From Arcobacteraceae bacterium (GTDB lineage: Bacteria; Campylobacterota; Campylobacteria; Campylobacterales; Arcobacteraceae), in contig JBLWVX010000006.1 in assembly GCA_048268245.1 (NCBI GenBank), forward strand, positions 32,001 to 96,000: a stretch of DNA of 64,000 nucleotides, written 5' to 3'. Positions 49,460 to 59,725 of this stretch are shown one piece after another. Both the position numbers and the translations under genes were made by a program. The notes beneath the pieces were generated by a model that saw only the letters and a program-made list of their open reading frames with translations, was not told the DNA's origin and made no database searches. Position 1 is the first letter of the stretch. Each line of letters opens with the position of its first letter.

Positions 49460-50690
49460 ATAATAAAAGGGTTCTAATATATGGTAGTTTAGCTATTCCA
49501 ATAGCAATATTAGGAATGCCTTTATATATTTATCTTCCTACATATTACGTTGAATCAATAGGATTAAATACAGCAACTGTAGGAATAACCCTATTTATTG
49601 CAAGAGTGTTAGATGTGATAGCTGATCCATTTATTGGAAGAGCTTGTGATAGATATTTTAGTAAAAAAAGTCTTATTTTGATTGGCTCATTGCTTTAACT
49701 TTTGGCTTTTATTTTCTAATAAACCCTTTTGAAAATTATCCTACTTTATCTTTGATTTTGTTTTCTGTTATTACTTATATTGCTTGGAGTTTATTAAATA
49801 TTCCTTATCTTGCATTAAATGCAGTATTAGGAAAGAGTAGTTTTGATAATTCCAAACTATCTTTTAGTAGAGAAATTTTTGCTATTGTAGGTGTATTGCT
49901 AGTTTTATTACTTCCTTTTTTATTAGGAGTTTCTGATGATTCACAAAAAAGTTTAGAGCTTATATTTTATTTACTTGTGTTTTTGCTACCTTGTATATTA
50001 GCTATTTTTCTATCACAAATAAAAGAGCCAACATTACAGTTGAATAATATTAGTTTTTTTAACTCTTTAAAGCTTTTTTACAATGAATTTAAAGAAGCTA
50101 AAAGACTATTTTTAGCATTTTTGATAAATAATCTAGCGAATGCAATTCCAGCAACACTCTTTTTGTTTTATGTACAGTATTATTTGCAAACACCAAAGTT
50201 TACAGGAGCTCTACTACTTTTATATTTTATAAGTGCAATTATTGCTGTTCCTTTTTGGCTTAATTTATCAAAAAAAATGACTAAAAAGAAAACATGGGTC
50301 ATATCTATGATAGTAGCTTCATTTTTCTTTTGTTTTACACCATTTATAAATGAGGGTGAATATATAAAATTTGCATTTATCACTTTTTTTACAGGTATAT
50401 GCTTGGGAGCTGATATGGCTTTGCCCTCTTCTATTCAAGCAGACTTAGCTCAAAGTTCAAAAAAAATAGGAAATGAAATATCAGGTACACTTTTTGGGTT
50501 TTGGGCTATGTTTACAAAATTAGCCTTAGCTTTAAGTGTGGCTATTACTTTTATATGTTTAGAGTTAGTCTCTTTTGACACTGCTAATCCAAGTAGTTTT
50601 TCATTAACTGTTTTAGCTTTACTTTACTCAATTTTACCAGTACTTCTTAAAATAGTAGCTATTACACTTCTCTTAAAATATAAAAAATAA
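49456..50690 (+). pseudogene. MFS (GPH/MelB-like) transporter split by a 1-nt frameshift near 49694-49696
   Basis: ORF1 (ARVLDVIADPFIG) ends at CTT TAA; the other frame reads LTFGFYFLINP and continues into ORF2 (IPYLAL...). Confidence 0.8.
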
Positions 50691-50777
50691 CAGTTTTTTA
50701 TAAAATGACAAAAAACAGCTATTAAAAGTAATTAATAGTTGTTATTATTACTTTACTAAAACATTTAGGTGTCAATT

Positions 50778-51296
50778 ATGAGTGTAAAATTATTTATTAT
50801 TTTAGCTATGTTCTCATTATTACATTCAAAGCCTTTAAAGTCAGTCCAATTTGTTGACCCTAAATTTTTTAGTGGAATTTGGTATGAGCATGCTCGTACA
50901 TTTAACAGTTTCCAACAAAACTGTGTAGCCTCAACTGTTGAGTACTCTTTAATAGATACTAACAAATATAAAGTATTCAACAGATGTTTTGAAAACGAAA
51001 TAGGTGGAAAATTAATTGAGTATTCAGGAACTGCAAAAGCCTTGAGTAATAACTCAATGTCTAGTATGAAAATGACCTATTTTTGGATTTTTTCAAAGAA
51101 ATACAATGTTATTTATCTAAACGATTATAAAACTGCAGTTGTTGCAGATGATGATTTAGAAAACTTATGGATTATGAGTAGAAAACCTACCATGCCAAAA
51201 AAAGAACAGAAGAAAATCATAAGTTTTTTAAGTGATTATATCGATGTAAATAGTCTAATTTATACAAAACAAGATAAAGAAGGAAGATACAAATGA
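50778..51296 (+). CDS. Lipocalin (Blc-like)
   Basis: G.WYE.AR, C...Y, LWIMSRKP motifs; signal peptide. Confidence 0.9.
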   Translation: MSVKLFIILAMFSLLHSKPLKSVQFVDPKFFSGIWYEHARTFNSFQQNCVASTVEYSLIDTNKYKVFNRCFENEIGGKLIEYSGTAKALSNNSMSSMKMTYFWIFSKKYNVIYLNDYKTAVVADDDLENLWIMSRKPTMPKKEQKKIISFLSDYIDVNSLIYTKQDKEGRYK

Positions 51297-52228
51297 AAAT
51301 AGCAGTACTAGGAGCAGGAATTAGTGGTTTAGGTAGTGCTTATCTTCTAAGCAAAAGACATCAAGTAGATTTATATGAAAAAGATAGCAGACTTGGTGGG
51401 CATGCAAGAACTACACTAGTTGAAGAAAATGGTAAAAAGTTTGGTGTTGATACAGGTTTTTTAGTTTTTAATCATGAAACATATCCTTTTTTAACAAAAC
51501 TTTTTGAAAAGCTTGATGTTAAAATAGAAAAAAGTGATATGAGTTTTGGTTTTTGGGATAAAGATGAAAATATAGCTTATAATGGAAACTCAATAGGTGG
51601 TCTATTTTTTCAGAAAAAAAACCTTTTTAATCTTTCTCATTATTCTATGATAAATGATATTATGAAGTTTAACAAAAAAGCCAATAATGATTTAGAAACT
51701 AATAGCAAAGATTTAGATAAAGATTTAGAAGGTGAATATGATGCAATCATTGCAGTTGAGATGTTTGAGGCCGTTGGGAAGGAGTATTTTGATATATTCT
51801 TCAAAAAATGTGAAGAGCTTTTAAAACCAAGTGGGGTTTTAGCTTTACAGATTATTACAATGCCTGATAATAGATATGAGTCTTATTCTAAAGGAACTGA
51901 TTTTATTCAAAAATATATCTTCCCAGGTGGTCACCTTCCAAGTGTATCAAGAATACTTAAAAGTACAAGTTCAAATACAAGATTAAATCTTTTACATATG
52001 GAAGAGTTTACAGAAGATTATGCAAAAACTTTAAATATTTGGTATGAAAATTTCAATGCAAGAATTAAAGAGATTAAAGCTTTAGGCTTTGATGATTACT
52101 TTATTAGAATGTGGAAAATGTATCTAAATTATTGTGAAGCAGCTTTTTTAACAAGAAATGTAAATCTAGTTCAAGTTGTATTTACAAGAGATCAAAATAT
52201 GCACCTAAATAAAGGTTTGGTTGCATGA
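51293..52228 (+). pseudogene. In-frame chimera: N-terminus of FAD-dependent oxidoreductase fused to C-terminus of CFA-type fatty acid methyltransferase
   Basis: GAGISGL, RLGGHA, VDTGFLVFN, then directly YDAIIAVEMFEAVG, FIQKYIFPGG, YAKTL..W, RMW..YL.YCE; junction near 51717-51721. Confidence 0.85.
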
Positions 52229-52761
52229 AAACAAAAAATCTATTAGTTGTACTATTTATTGTACTTCTTTTTACAGGATGTGGAGCTATGAAACTTGAAG
52301 ATTTTAATAATACAAGTCCTAAGTTTGTTGTAAAAGATTATTTCAATGGTGAACTTAAGGCATATGGTTTAGTAAAAGATAGAAGTGGTAAGATAATCAA
52401 ATCTTTTAAAGCAAAAATGATTGGCTCTTGGGATGAGAATGGAGTTGGAACCTTAGATGAGTATTTTGTTTATAATAATGGAGAAACACAAAGAAGAGTT
52501 TGGACTTTAATTCCTTCAAAAAATAAAAATGAGTATATTGGAACAGCCTCTGATATAATAGGTCAAGGTATACTTAAGTCAAATGGTAATACAGTAATGA
52601 TTGATTATACAATGGAAGTTCCATATAATGATTCTACTATTAATATAGATGTTAAAGATTGGTTACATTTACAAGAAGATGGTGTAATTATAAACCATTC
52701 AAAAATGAAAAAGTTTGGTTTTACTGTAGGTGAGTTAGTAATTACTATAATTAAACAATAA
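52225..52761 (+). CDS. DUF3833-like lipoprotein
   Basis: Lipobox FTGC; YF.G...A.G...DRSG, LDE.F.Y, R.W, KFG motifs. Confidence 0.8.
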   Translation: MKTKNLLVVLFIVLLFTGCGAMKLEDFNNTSPKFVVKDYFNGELKAYGLVKDRSGKIIKSFKAKMIGSWDENGVGTLDEYFVYNNGETQRRVWTLIPSKNKNEYIGTASDIIGQGILKSNGNTVMIDYTMEVPYNDSTINIDVKDWLHLQEDGVIINHSKMKKFGFTVGELVITIIKQ

Positions 52762-52770
52762 AGGTTAGTT

Positions 52771-53412
52771 ATGTTTGATTTATCAAAAATGAGACAAGAG
52801 TATATGACAAAGGGCTTAGATTTCAAAGATTTAGATGAGTGTCCTTTTAAACAGTTCGAGCTTTGGTTTAACCAAGCAATAGATGCAAAACTTATAGAGC
52901 CAAATGCTATGAGTTTAGCAACTGTTGGTAATGATATGAAACCATCAATTAGAACTGTTTTACTTAAAACTTTTGATACAGACGGTTTTGTCTTCTTTTC
53001 AAACTATAAAAGTAAAAAAGCAAAACAAATAGATGAAAATCCATATGCAGCTATTCACTTTGCTTGGTTAGGCTTAGAGCGACAAGTAAAGATGGAAGGT
53101 AGAATTGAAAAAATCAGTAAAACTGATTCTATGAAATATTTTTTATCAAGACCAAAAGGCAGTCAACTTGGAGCTTGGGTATCACATCAAAGTGAAGTTA
53201 TTAGTTCAAGAAGTTTACTTGAAGCAAAGTTTGATGAAATAAAAAATAAGTTTTCAAAAGGTGAAGTACCCTTCCCTTCTTTTTGGGGTGGTTATAAAGT
53301 AGTGCCCCAAACAATAGAGTTTTGGCAAGGTGGGAAAAATAGACTTCATGATAGATTTGAATATAAAAGAAATGAAGATAATACTTGGGAAATAAACAGA
53401 CTAGCACCATAA
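52771..53412 (+). CDS. pdxH: Pyridoxamine 5'-phosphate oxidase
   Basis: RTVLLK, YFLSRP, WGGY, EFWQG..RLHDR and RLAP motifs. Confidence 0.97.
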   Translation: MFDLSKMRQEYMTKGLDFKDLDECPFKQFELWFNQAIDAKLIEPNAMSLATVGNDMKPSIRTVLLKTFDTDGFVFFSNYKSKKAKQIDENPYAAIHFAWLGLERQVKMEGRIEKISKTDSMKYFLSRPKGSQLGAWVSHQSEVISSRSLLEAKFDEIKNKFSKGEVPFPSFWGGYKVVPQTIEFWQGGKNRLHDRFEYKRNEDNTWEINRLAP

Positions 53413-53421
53413 GGATAAATA

Positions 53422-54477
53422 ATGAGTTGTAAATGTAATGAAAATTTTTGTATTAAAAATGAAAAAGCAACAATACACTTTATAACAGTAGTTCCAGAGT
53501 TATTAAATAAGTGTAGAATAGTTCTAAAAGATATGAATAATTTAAGATTTAAAGAACATATTTGTAGTATTGACGTAAATGATGTTAGAACTTTTTTTGA
53601 GAATCAAATAGAGTTTTTTGATGAAAACTTTACACAATTTGAACAAAATGAGATAAAAATTTTTGTTGAAACATCAAATGAACTTTTATCTATTACTTCT
53701 GTATTAAAAGCGAAACCTTTAAATATTTATTTAAACTTTATAAAAGACAATAGTTTTTTTGAGATTCTAGAGAGTGAAAGTTTAACTACACATTTTCAGC
53801 CAATAATTGATATACAAACTAATAGTATTTATGCTTATGAGTGTTTAACAAGAGGTGTTCTACCAAATGGTGATTTGATGTATCCAAATGACCTTTTTGA
53901 AAAATCAAATAGAAATGATACAAACTTTAGGCTTGATAAACTTTGTCGTGAGTCTGCTCTCAAAACTGCTGCTGTAAAAAAAATAAACTCAAAAGTATTT
54001 ATAAACTTTTTACCTACAGCTATTTATGATCCCAATTTTTGTTTACAAAGTACTGTAAGATGGGCAAATCAACTTGAACTTGATCCTAGAAATATTGTTT
54101 TTGAAGTAGTAGAAACTGAAAATGTACAAGATAAAGTGCACTTAAAACAAATCTTAAACCACTATAGAGAACAAGGTTTTAAAATAGCTTTAGATGATGT
54201 TGGAGAGGGATACTCTTCTTTAAATATGATTATAGATATAAAACCTGATATTATAAAAGTAGATAGAAATATAATAGATGGAATTGATACAAACGAGTTA
54301 AAACAATCTGTTTATAGAGCATTAAAATCAATTTGCATTGATAATAATATACAAATATTAGCTGAGGGTGTTGAAACACAAGAGGAGCTAAGTATGGTTA
54401 AAAAACTAGGTGTTGATTTTGCACAAGGTTACTACTTTGCTAAGCCATACTCTGAGCCTATAAGAAGAATATTTTAA
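53422..54477 (+). CDS. EAL-domain protein
   Basis: FQPI, ECLTRG, FIN, EVVE, DDVGEGYS, AEGVE and QGY motifs. Confidence 0.9.
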   Translation: MSCKCNENFCIKNEKATIHFITVVPELLNKCRIVLKDMNNLRFKEHICSIDVNDVRTFFENQIEFFDENFTQFEQNEIKIFVETSNELLSITSVLKAKPLNIYLNFIKDNSFFEILESESLTTHFQPIIDIQTNSIYAYECLTRGVLPNGDLMYPNDLFEKSNRNDTNFRLDKLCRESALKTAAVKKINSKVFINFLPTAIYDPNFCLQSTVRWANQLELDPRNIVFEVVETENVQDKVHLKQILNHYREQGFKIALDDVGEGYSSLNMIIDIKPDIIKVDRNIIDGIDTNELKQSVYRALKSICIDNNIQILAEGVETQEELSMVKKLGVDFAQGYYFAKPYSEPIRRIF

Positions 54478-55457
54478 TGACAGTTTTTTTAATCTATCTA
54501 CATCAACTATTTGAAGATATTACTGTTTTTAAAAACAAAAAAGTAGTTTTAATAGAAGAGCCTTTATATGGAAAATATAGTTTTGATAGTGACAATAGAA
54601 AAAAGCTTCCAAAAGATATATTTATTCCAGCAGCTCTATCTTATGAAAATGATTATATAAATGAAGCAAAAGAGTATTGTAAAAAGTTTGATAACTTTGG
54701 AAACTATCAAGATGCTATTACAAAAGATACTAATCTTATATATCTTTTTCACTCAAATATTTCAAGTAGTTTAAATGTAGGTTTACTTAATTTAAACTAT
54801 GTAATTGAAAAAATAAAAAATGCACATGCCCCTTATAATGCCAAAGAAGGATTTATAAGACAGATTATTGGTTGGAGAGATTTTATGCTAAAAATCTATG
54901 AAGATGATGGCGTGAGACTGCGAAACTCTAATTTTTTTGAATTTAAAAACTCAATGCCAAAAGCAATTATAGAAGGTAAAAGTGGCATAGATATACTTGA
55001 TGATGTAATAAAAAAAGTAGATAAAACAGCATATGCTCATCATATAGAAAGACTTATGATTTTAGGTAATATCTTTTTATTATTAGAAATAAAACCAGAT
55101 GATGTTTATGAATACTTTATGCAAAACTATATAGATGCCTACGATTGGGTAATGGTTGGAAATGTGTATGGAATGAGTGGCTTTAGTGATGGAGGAAGTA
55201 TAACTACAAAACCATATATTGCAAGTTCGAACTATCTAATAAAGATGAGTGATTACTCAAAAAAAGATTCTTGGTGTAAAATAGTTGATGCTTTATACTG
55301 GAGATTTTTATATAAATACTCATATCTTTTCAAAGATAATCCACGAATGAAAATGCAAATATCACTTTTAAACAAAATGTCAGAAGAAAAATTACAAAAT
55401 CATTTAAAAACAGCGGAAGAATACTTAAAAACCATTTTTATGAATAAAAGTTCATAA
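54477..55457 (+). pseudogene. PhrB/CryB-type cryptochrome/photolyase-related protein, internally deleted (326 aa)
   Basis: HQLF, YSFDSDNRK, FG.YQDA, EGFIRQIIGWR, AHHIERLM and KPY motifs; much shorter than the roughly 500-aa family norm. Confidence 0.75.
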
Positions 55458-55493
55458 GCTATTCATATTTAATTCATTAGTTACAGCTATATT
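55451..55493 (+). promoter_or_regulatory. Promoter with three TTCAT direct repeats at 11-bp period (putative OmpR-family operator)
   Basis: TTCAT at 55451, 55462 and 55473; TATATT -10 at 55488. Confidence 0.65.
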
Positions 55494-55514
55494 TTCTATA
55501 ATAAAAGGAGATAT

Positions 55515-56594
55515 ATGCGAACTGCTTTAAAAGCTTTAAAAGCTAATAAACTTAAAACCTTACTAATATTATTTAGTTTAACCCTTAGTATTTGTTCTAT
55601 TTTTTTAATTAGTTCAATCTCAAATGGTGTTATTTATATGTACTCTTCTATGCTTAAAAATGATGGAGATATTATAATAACTCAAGCAAAGATTTCTGAT
55701 ACATTTTTTTCAAATGTAGATATAAATCTTATTAATAAAATAAAAGAGTTTGATGGAGTAAAAAAAGTATCAGCTGTCATTGTAGGGGCAAGTCCTGTTG
55801 AAGAGTTACCAATTGTGGCTGTATATGGTATAACAAAAAATAGATTTTCAAACTATACACTAATTAAAGGTTCATATCCAAAAGATAATGAAGTTTTAGT
55901 AGGAAAATCTATATATGATTCTTTAAAATATAAAAACAGTATTCAAATTTCAAAAGATACATACAAAATTTCTGGAGTATTTAAGAGTGAAATTGGTTTT
56001 GAAAATGGTGGAGTTGTATTAAATATAAATCAAGCTTCTAAAATCTTCAATAAATCAGCTTCATTTCTTTTAGTAAATACAAATATTCAAAAAGATATAG
56101 ATTTCATAATAAAAAATACACAAGACTTATCAAATGATATTGAAGTTAAATCTACAAATAGCTTTGTAGATAATTATAACCAATTTGAAATTATCAGAAC
56201 ATCTTCTAAACTTATTTCCTCTGTTGCTTTTTGTATGGGACTTTTAAGTGTTGTAAGTATTATGAGTATTACTGTAAATCAAAGAAAAAGTGAATTTGGG
56301 ATAAAAAAAGCTATTGGAATTTCTACAGGAAAAATTATTAATCAAATAGTTTTAGAAACAGCCATTTTGGGCTTTATTAGTTTTCTTTGTGCATTTTTTA
56401 TAGCAAATATATTTCTTCTGATGATTGAAAAATTTGAGCTATTTCATGGATATATAAATGCACATTTAAGTAGTACTTTAAGCCTTACACTATTTATCTG
56501 TTCAATTTTAATGGCTGTAATTGGCTCAATAATTCCTGCTTTAAATGTATCAAAAATTGATCCAATAATTTTAATGCAAGGAGATAAAATATGA
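55515..56594 (+). CDS. MacB/FtsX-like ABC permease
   Basis: N-terminal TM, periplasmic domain, QRKSEFGIKKAIG, three C-terminal TMs, IDP. Confidence 0.9.
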   Translation: MRTALKALKANKLKTLLILFSLTLSICSIFLISSISNGVIYMYSSMLKNDGDIIITQAKISDTFFSNVDINLINKIKEFDGVKKVSAVIVGASPVEELPIVAVYGITKNRFSNYTLIKGSYPKDNEVLVGKSIYDSLKYKNSIQISKDTYKISGVFKSEIGFENGGVVLNINQASKIFNKSASFLLVNTNIQKDIDFIIKNTQDLSNDIEVKSTNSFVDNYNQFEIIRTSSKLISSVAFCMGLLSVVSIMSITVNQRKSEFGIKKAIGISTGKIINQIVLETAILGFISFLCAFFIANIFLLMIEKFELFHGYINAHLSSTLSLTLFICSILMAVIGSIIPALNVSKIDPIILMQGDKI

Positions 56595-57217
56595 TAATAG
56601 AAGCAAAAAACTTGTCTCATGACTATAATGGAGACCTAGCCTTAAAAAATATAAATCTAAGTATAAAAAAAGGTGAGTTTATATCTATTATTGGTGAGAG
56701 TGGAAGTGGTAAGACTACCCTACTTTCAATTTTATCAACACTTTTAAAACAAAAAGATGGGGAACTATTTTTTGAAAATAAAAAATATAAAGATATTAAA
56801 AATATAGATAAATTTAGAAAAGATAACATTGGCTTTATTTTCCAATTTCATTATTTAATAAACTACCTTACAAATGCTGAAAATGTAAAGATTGCAAATG
56901 AAAAAGTCTTAGATAAAGATGTAATAGAACTTTTTAATTTATTAGATATTAGTGAGCTTCTAAATAAATTTCCAAATGAAATATCAGGAGGACAAAGACA
57001 AAGAGTAGCAATAGCAAGAGCACTTATAAATAAACCAAAAGTTCTTTTTGCTGATGAACCAACTGGCAATTTAGATTCAAAAAACTCTTTAAAAGTTTTT
57101 AAACTATTTCAACAGTTATCAAAAGAAGGAATCACAGTAATAGTTGCAACACATGATAAGAGTCTTGCACAATTAGCAAATAGAATAATTGAGGTTAAAG
57201 ATGGACAAATTCAATAG
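56591..57217 (+). CDS. ABC ATPase (LolD/MacB-like)
   Basis: GESGSGKT, GFIFQ, SGGQRQR, DEPTGNLD and ATHD motifs. Confidence 0.95.
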   Translation: MIIEAKNLSHDYNGDLALKNINLSIKKGEFISIIGESGSGKTTLLSILSTLLKQKDGELFFENKKYKDIKNIDKFRKDNIGFIFQFHYLINYLTNAENVKIANEKVLDKDVIELFNLLDISELLNKFPNEISGGQRQRVAIARALINKPKVLFADEPTGNLDSKNSLKVFKLFQQLSKEGITVIVATHDKSLAQLANRIIEVKDGQIQ

Positions 57218-58766
57218 TTTCATAAATCAAAATTTTAAAATCTCTTTGATTTTTCTTTTTTTAGGGATATTTTTTGGAATAATCTATTCCATTAATTTAT
57301 TAGGTTTCTCTATTAATTCTAATACTTTATTACCATCAAATATAAGATCATTACATATTTCATTGATGTTATATGGTTTTATTCCTTTAATGCTTTCTTA
57401 TTTACCATTTTTACTTATAAATAAAGATGGAATTAAAAGTGATAAAGGACTTAGATATTTAGAGCTTTACTCAATCTTTTGGTATATTTTCTTAGTTTTT
57501 ATGATAAATAGTTTAGTTTTAGGGAATACTAGAGGTTTAGCTTTTTATGACTTCCCTTATGAACTAAACTTTATCTTGGCTCTAAGCGGAGTTTTTTATG
57601 CTTTAGCTTTATATGAATACATAAAACTATATGAAGTTAAACCATTATGGATAAAAATATCACTTGCTATTGTAGTAATTGCACCTTTTAGCCTTTTGAT
57701 ATTAATGAACCCAGTGATTGGGCAAGTCGAAAGTACTATAAGTGGCCCACATGGTGATAATACTTTAGGTATGAGTTTTGCTTTAATTCCTATTTATTAT
57801 CTTATCATCAAACTTCTTCATAAAGATAATTTTAATGCAAAATGGCATATTTTTTGGATAATTCCATTTGTTTTTTATATTTTATCTGTACTTTATAGAA
57901 GTTTTATTGATTCATTAACATATGAGCAAGAATGGTTTTTACAATATTTAACACTTTTATATATACCTTTACTTTATAGATGGTTTAAAGATGCAAATAT
58001 ATCTAAAACTCCTAAATATGTTTTATTGATATCTATATTAGCCTTTTTGTTTGTGGATATTGAAGGAAATATTCTTTTTATTCCTGAGTTTAGATGGTTA
58101 TTTCATAGAAATGATTTGATTGTAGCTCATGCCCATGTTGCAATGGGAATCTCAATTTTATTTATGACTTTTGCAATTTTAGTAAATCATATAAATAGTT
58201 TAAAAGATATTAAATTTTACAACTATTATTTATTTGGAATTTTAGGAATTTTTTTAGTTTTAAGTATCTCTGGATTTATACAAGCAGGTGTTATTAAAGG
58301 TGATATAGAAATATTATGGAGTTTAAGAACTCTATTTGGAATAGTAGTATTTATATCTTTTTTTAAACTAATAAAACTAGATTTAAAACTAAATTCTTTA
58401 CAAAAATATAATCTATTTGGGGCTTTAAGTGATGGCTCAACCGGAATTATTTTAATTTTTCTTGGAAGTTATTTATATCCATTGTTAGGTTTTAAATTTA
58501 CAAATAGTTATGAATATATAGTATTTGTTTTTGTTTTTACTACAGGAGTAATGCACTATTTTGCTTTTACCTCTAAAAGCTCACAGTATGAGTTTACTTT
58601 ACTTACTGCACTAATTAGAGTTTTTGTTAGCTCAATGTTTTTTGCTTTATATTTAAATGGTAGTTTATCTTATGAAGCACTTTTTATTACAGTTTATGAT
58701 TTATCTTTTTCAATTCTGTTTTTCTTAATTTTTTGCAAAAGGGAGTTAAAATGTTACCAAAACTAG
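57201..58766 (+). CDS. Polytopic membrane protein resembling heme-copper oxidase subunit I (CcoN/NorB-like), divergent
   Basis: RSLH in helix II, GPHG, and FHRNDLIVAHAHVAMG in helix X; ATG 57201 with GAGG RBS. Confidence 0.6.
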   Translation: MDKFNSFINQNFKISLIFLFLGIFFGIIYSINLLGFSINSNTLLPSNIRSLHISLMLYGFIPLMLSYLPFLLINKDGIKSDKGLRYLELYSIFWYIFLVFMINSLVLGNTRGLAFYDFPYELNFILALSGVFYALALYEYIKLYEVKPLWIKISLAIVVIAPFSLLILMNPVIGQVESTISGPHGDNTLGMSFALIPIYYLIIKLLHKDNFNAKWHIFWIIPFVFYILSVLYRSFIDSLTYEQEWFLQYLTLLYIPLLYRWFKDANISKTPKYVLLISILAFLFVDIEGNILFIPEFRWLFHRNDLIVAHAHVAMGISILFMTFAILVNHINSLKDIKFYNYYLFGILGIFLVLSISGFIQAGVIKGDIEILWSLRTLFGIVVFISFFKLIKLDLKLNSLQKYNLFGALSDGSTGIILIFLGSYLYPLLGFKFTNSYEYIVFVFVFTTGVMHYFAFTSKSSQYEFTLLTALIRVFVSSMFFALYLNGSLSYEALFITVYDLSFSILFFLIFCKRELKCYQN

Positions 58767-59725
58767 CTTTACTAATATTTATATCTTTTGAACTATGCTT
58801 TTATTTATTGATTGCACAAACAGGAATTGTTGAGTATCTTTCATCTAATATCTTTGCTATTTCACCAATAGCTATTGGTGGGATTGTAGGTTCAATACTA
58901 GTTTATTTTATTAAGTTGTCTTCTAAAAATAAAATAGTTCTACTTTTGTTATTACAATTTTGTGTAAGCCTGGCATATCCAGATTTTTCAAAACTTTTAC
59001 TTTTCTTATTAGGTTTAAGTGTAGGAGGATTAGCTCCTTTAATAATTGAAAAAATAAAAGAGAGTTCAGTTATACAATTAGCAAGTGCTTTGGCTTTATC
59101 ATATGCTTTAGGAACTGCACTTTTTGTAATAGAACCTGCTAGTAGACAATTTATAGCACTTAGTTTTTCTTTAATATGCTTAATAAGTGTACTGCTACTT
59201 AAAAATACTGAGAGAAGTAAAAGTTTATCAAGCTACTCATACTCACTTTTTTCAATGGTTTTATGGGTTTTCTTAGACTCTGCATTATTTGAAACTCTAT
59301 CAAGAGACATATCTATTTCTATTTGGAGAGATGGCTTTACTTTAGAAATAATTGTTTTTCATATAGTAGGTGTTTTGGCTGCTTTTGCATTTAAATTTGA
59401 GAAATTTGAGAATGAGATATTAATAATCTTACTTTTTGCCTTAAGTTATCTTTTTTATTTTTTACAAGAAGCTGCAATATTAGCTTTAGTTTATCCTTTT
59501 GTGATTTCATTTTACAATGTGACTATTTTAAGAAGTATTATAAAAAAAGATTTTAAAACAATTTGTATTTACATGGTTTTTATAGGTTGGATAGCTTCAG
59601 GTGCTGGATTATTTGTAGCTTTAGAAAATCTAACTTTATATGTTCCAATAATATTTTTGATTTCAATAATAAAAATTTTAAGCACACATAATTTATCAAT
59701 AAAGGAGAAAAAATGTATAAATTAA
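58751..59725 (+). CDS. Hypothetical polytopic membrane protein (MFS-like)
   Basis: About 10-11 hydrophobic segments; GGAG RBS before ATG 58751. Confidence 0.7.
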   Translation: MLPKLALLIFISFELCFYLLIAQTGIVEYLSSNIFAISPIAIGGIVGSILVYFIKLSSKNKIVLLLLLQFCVSLAYPDFSKLLLFLLGLSVGGLAPLIIEKIKESSVIQLASALALSYALGTALFVIEPASRQFIALSFSLICLISVLLLKNTERSKSLSSYSYSLFSMVLWVFLDSALFETLSRDISISIWRDGFTLEIIVFHIVGVLAAFAFKFEKFENEILIILLFALSYLFYFLQEAAILALVYPFVISFYNVTILRSIIKKDFKTICIYMVFIGWIASGAGLFVALENLTLYVPIIFLISIIKILSTHNLSIKEKKCIN

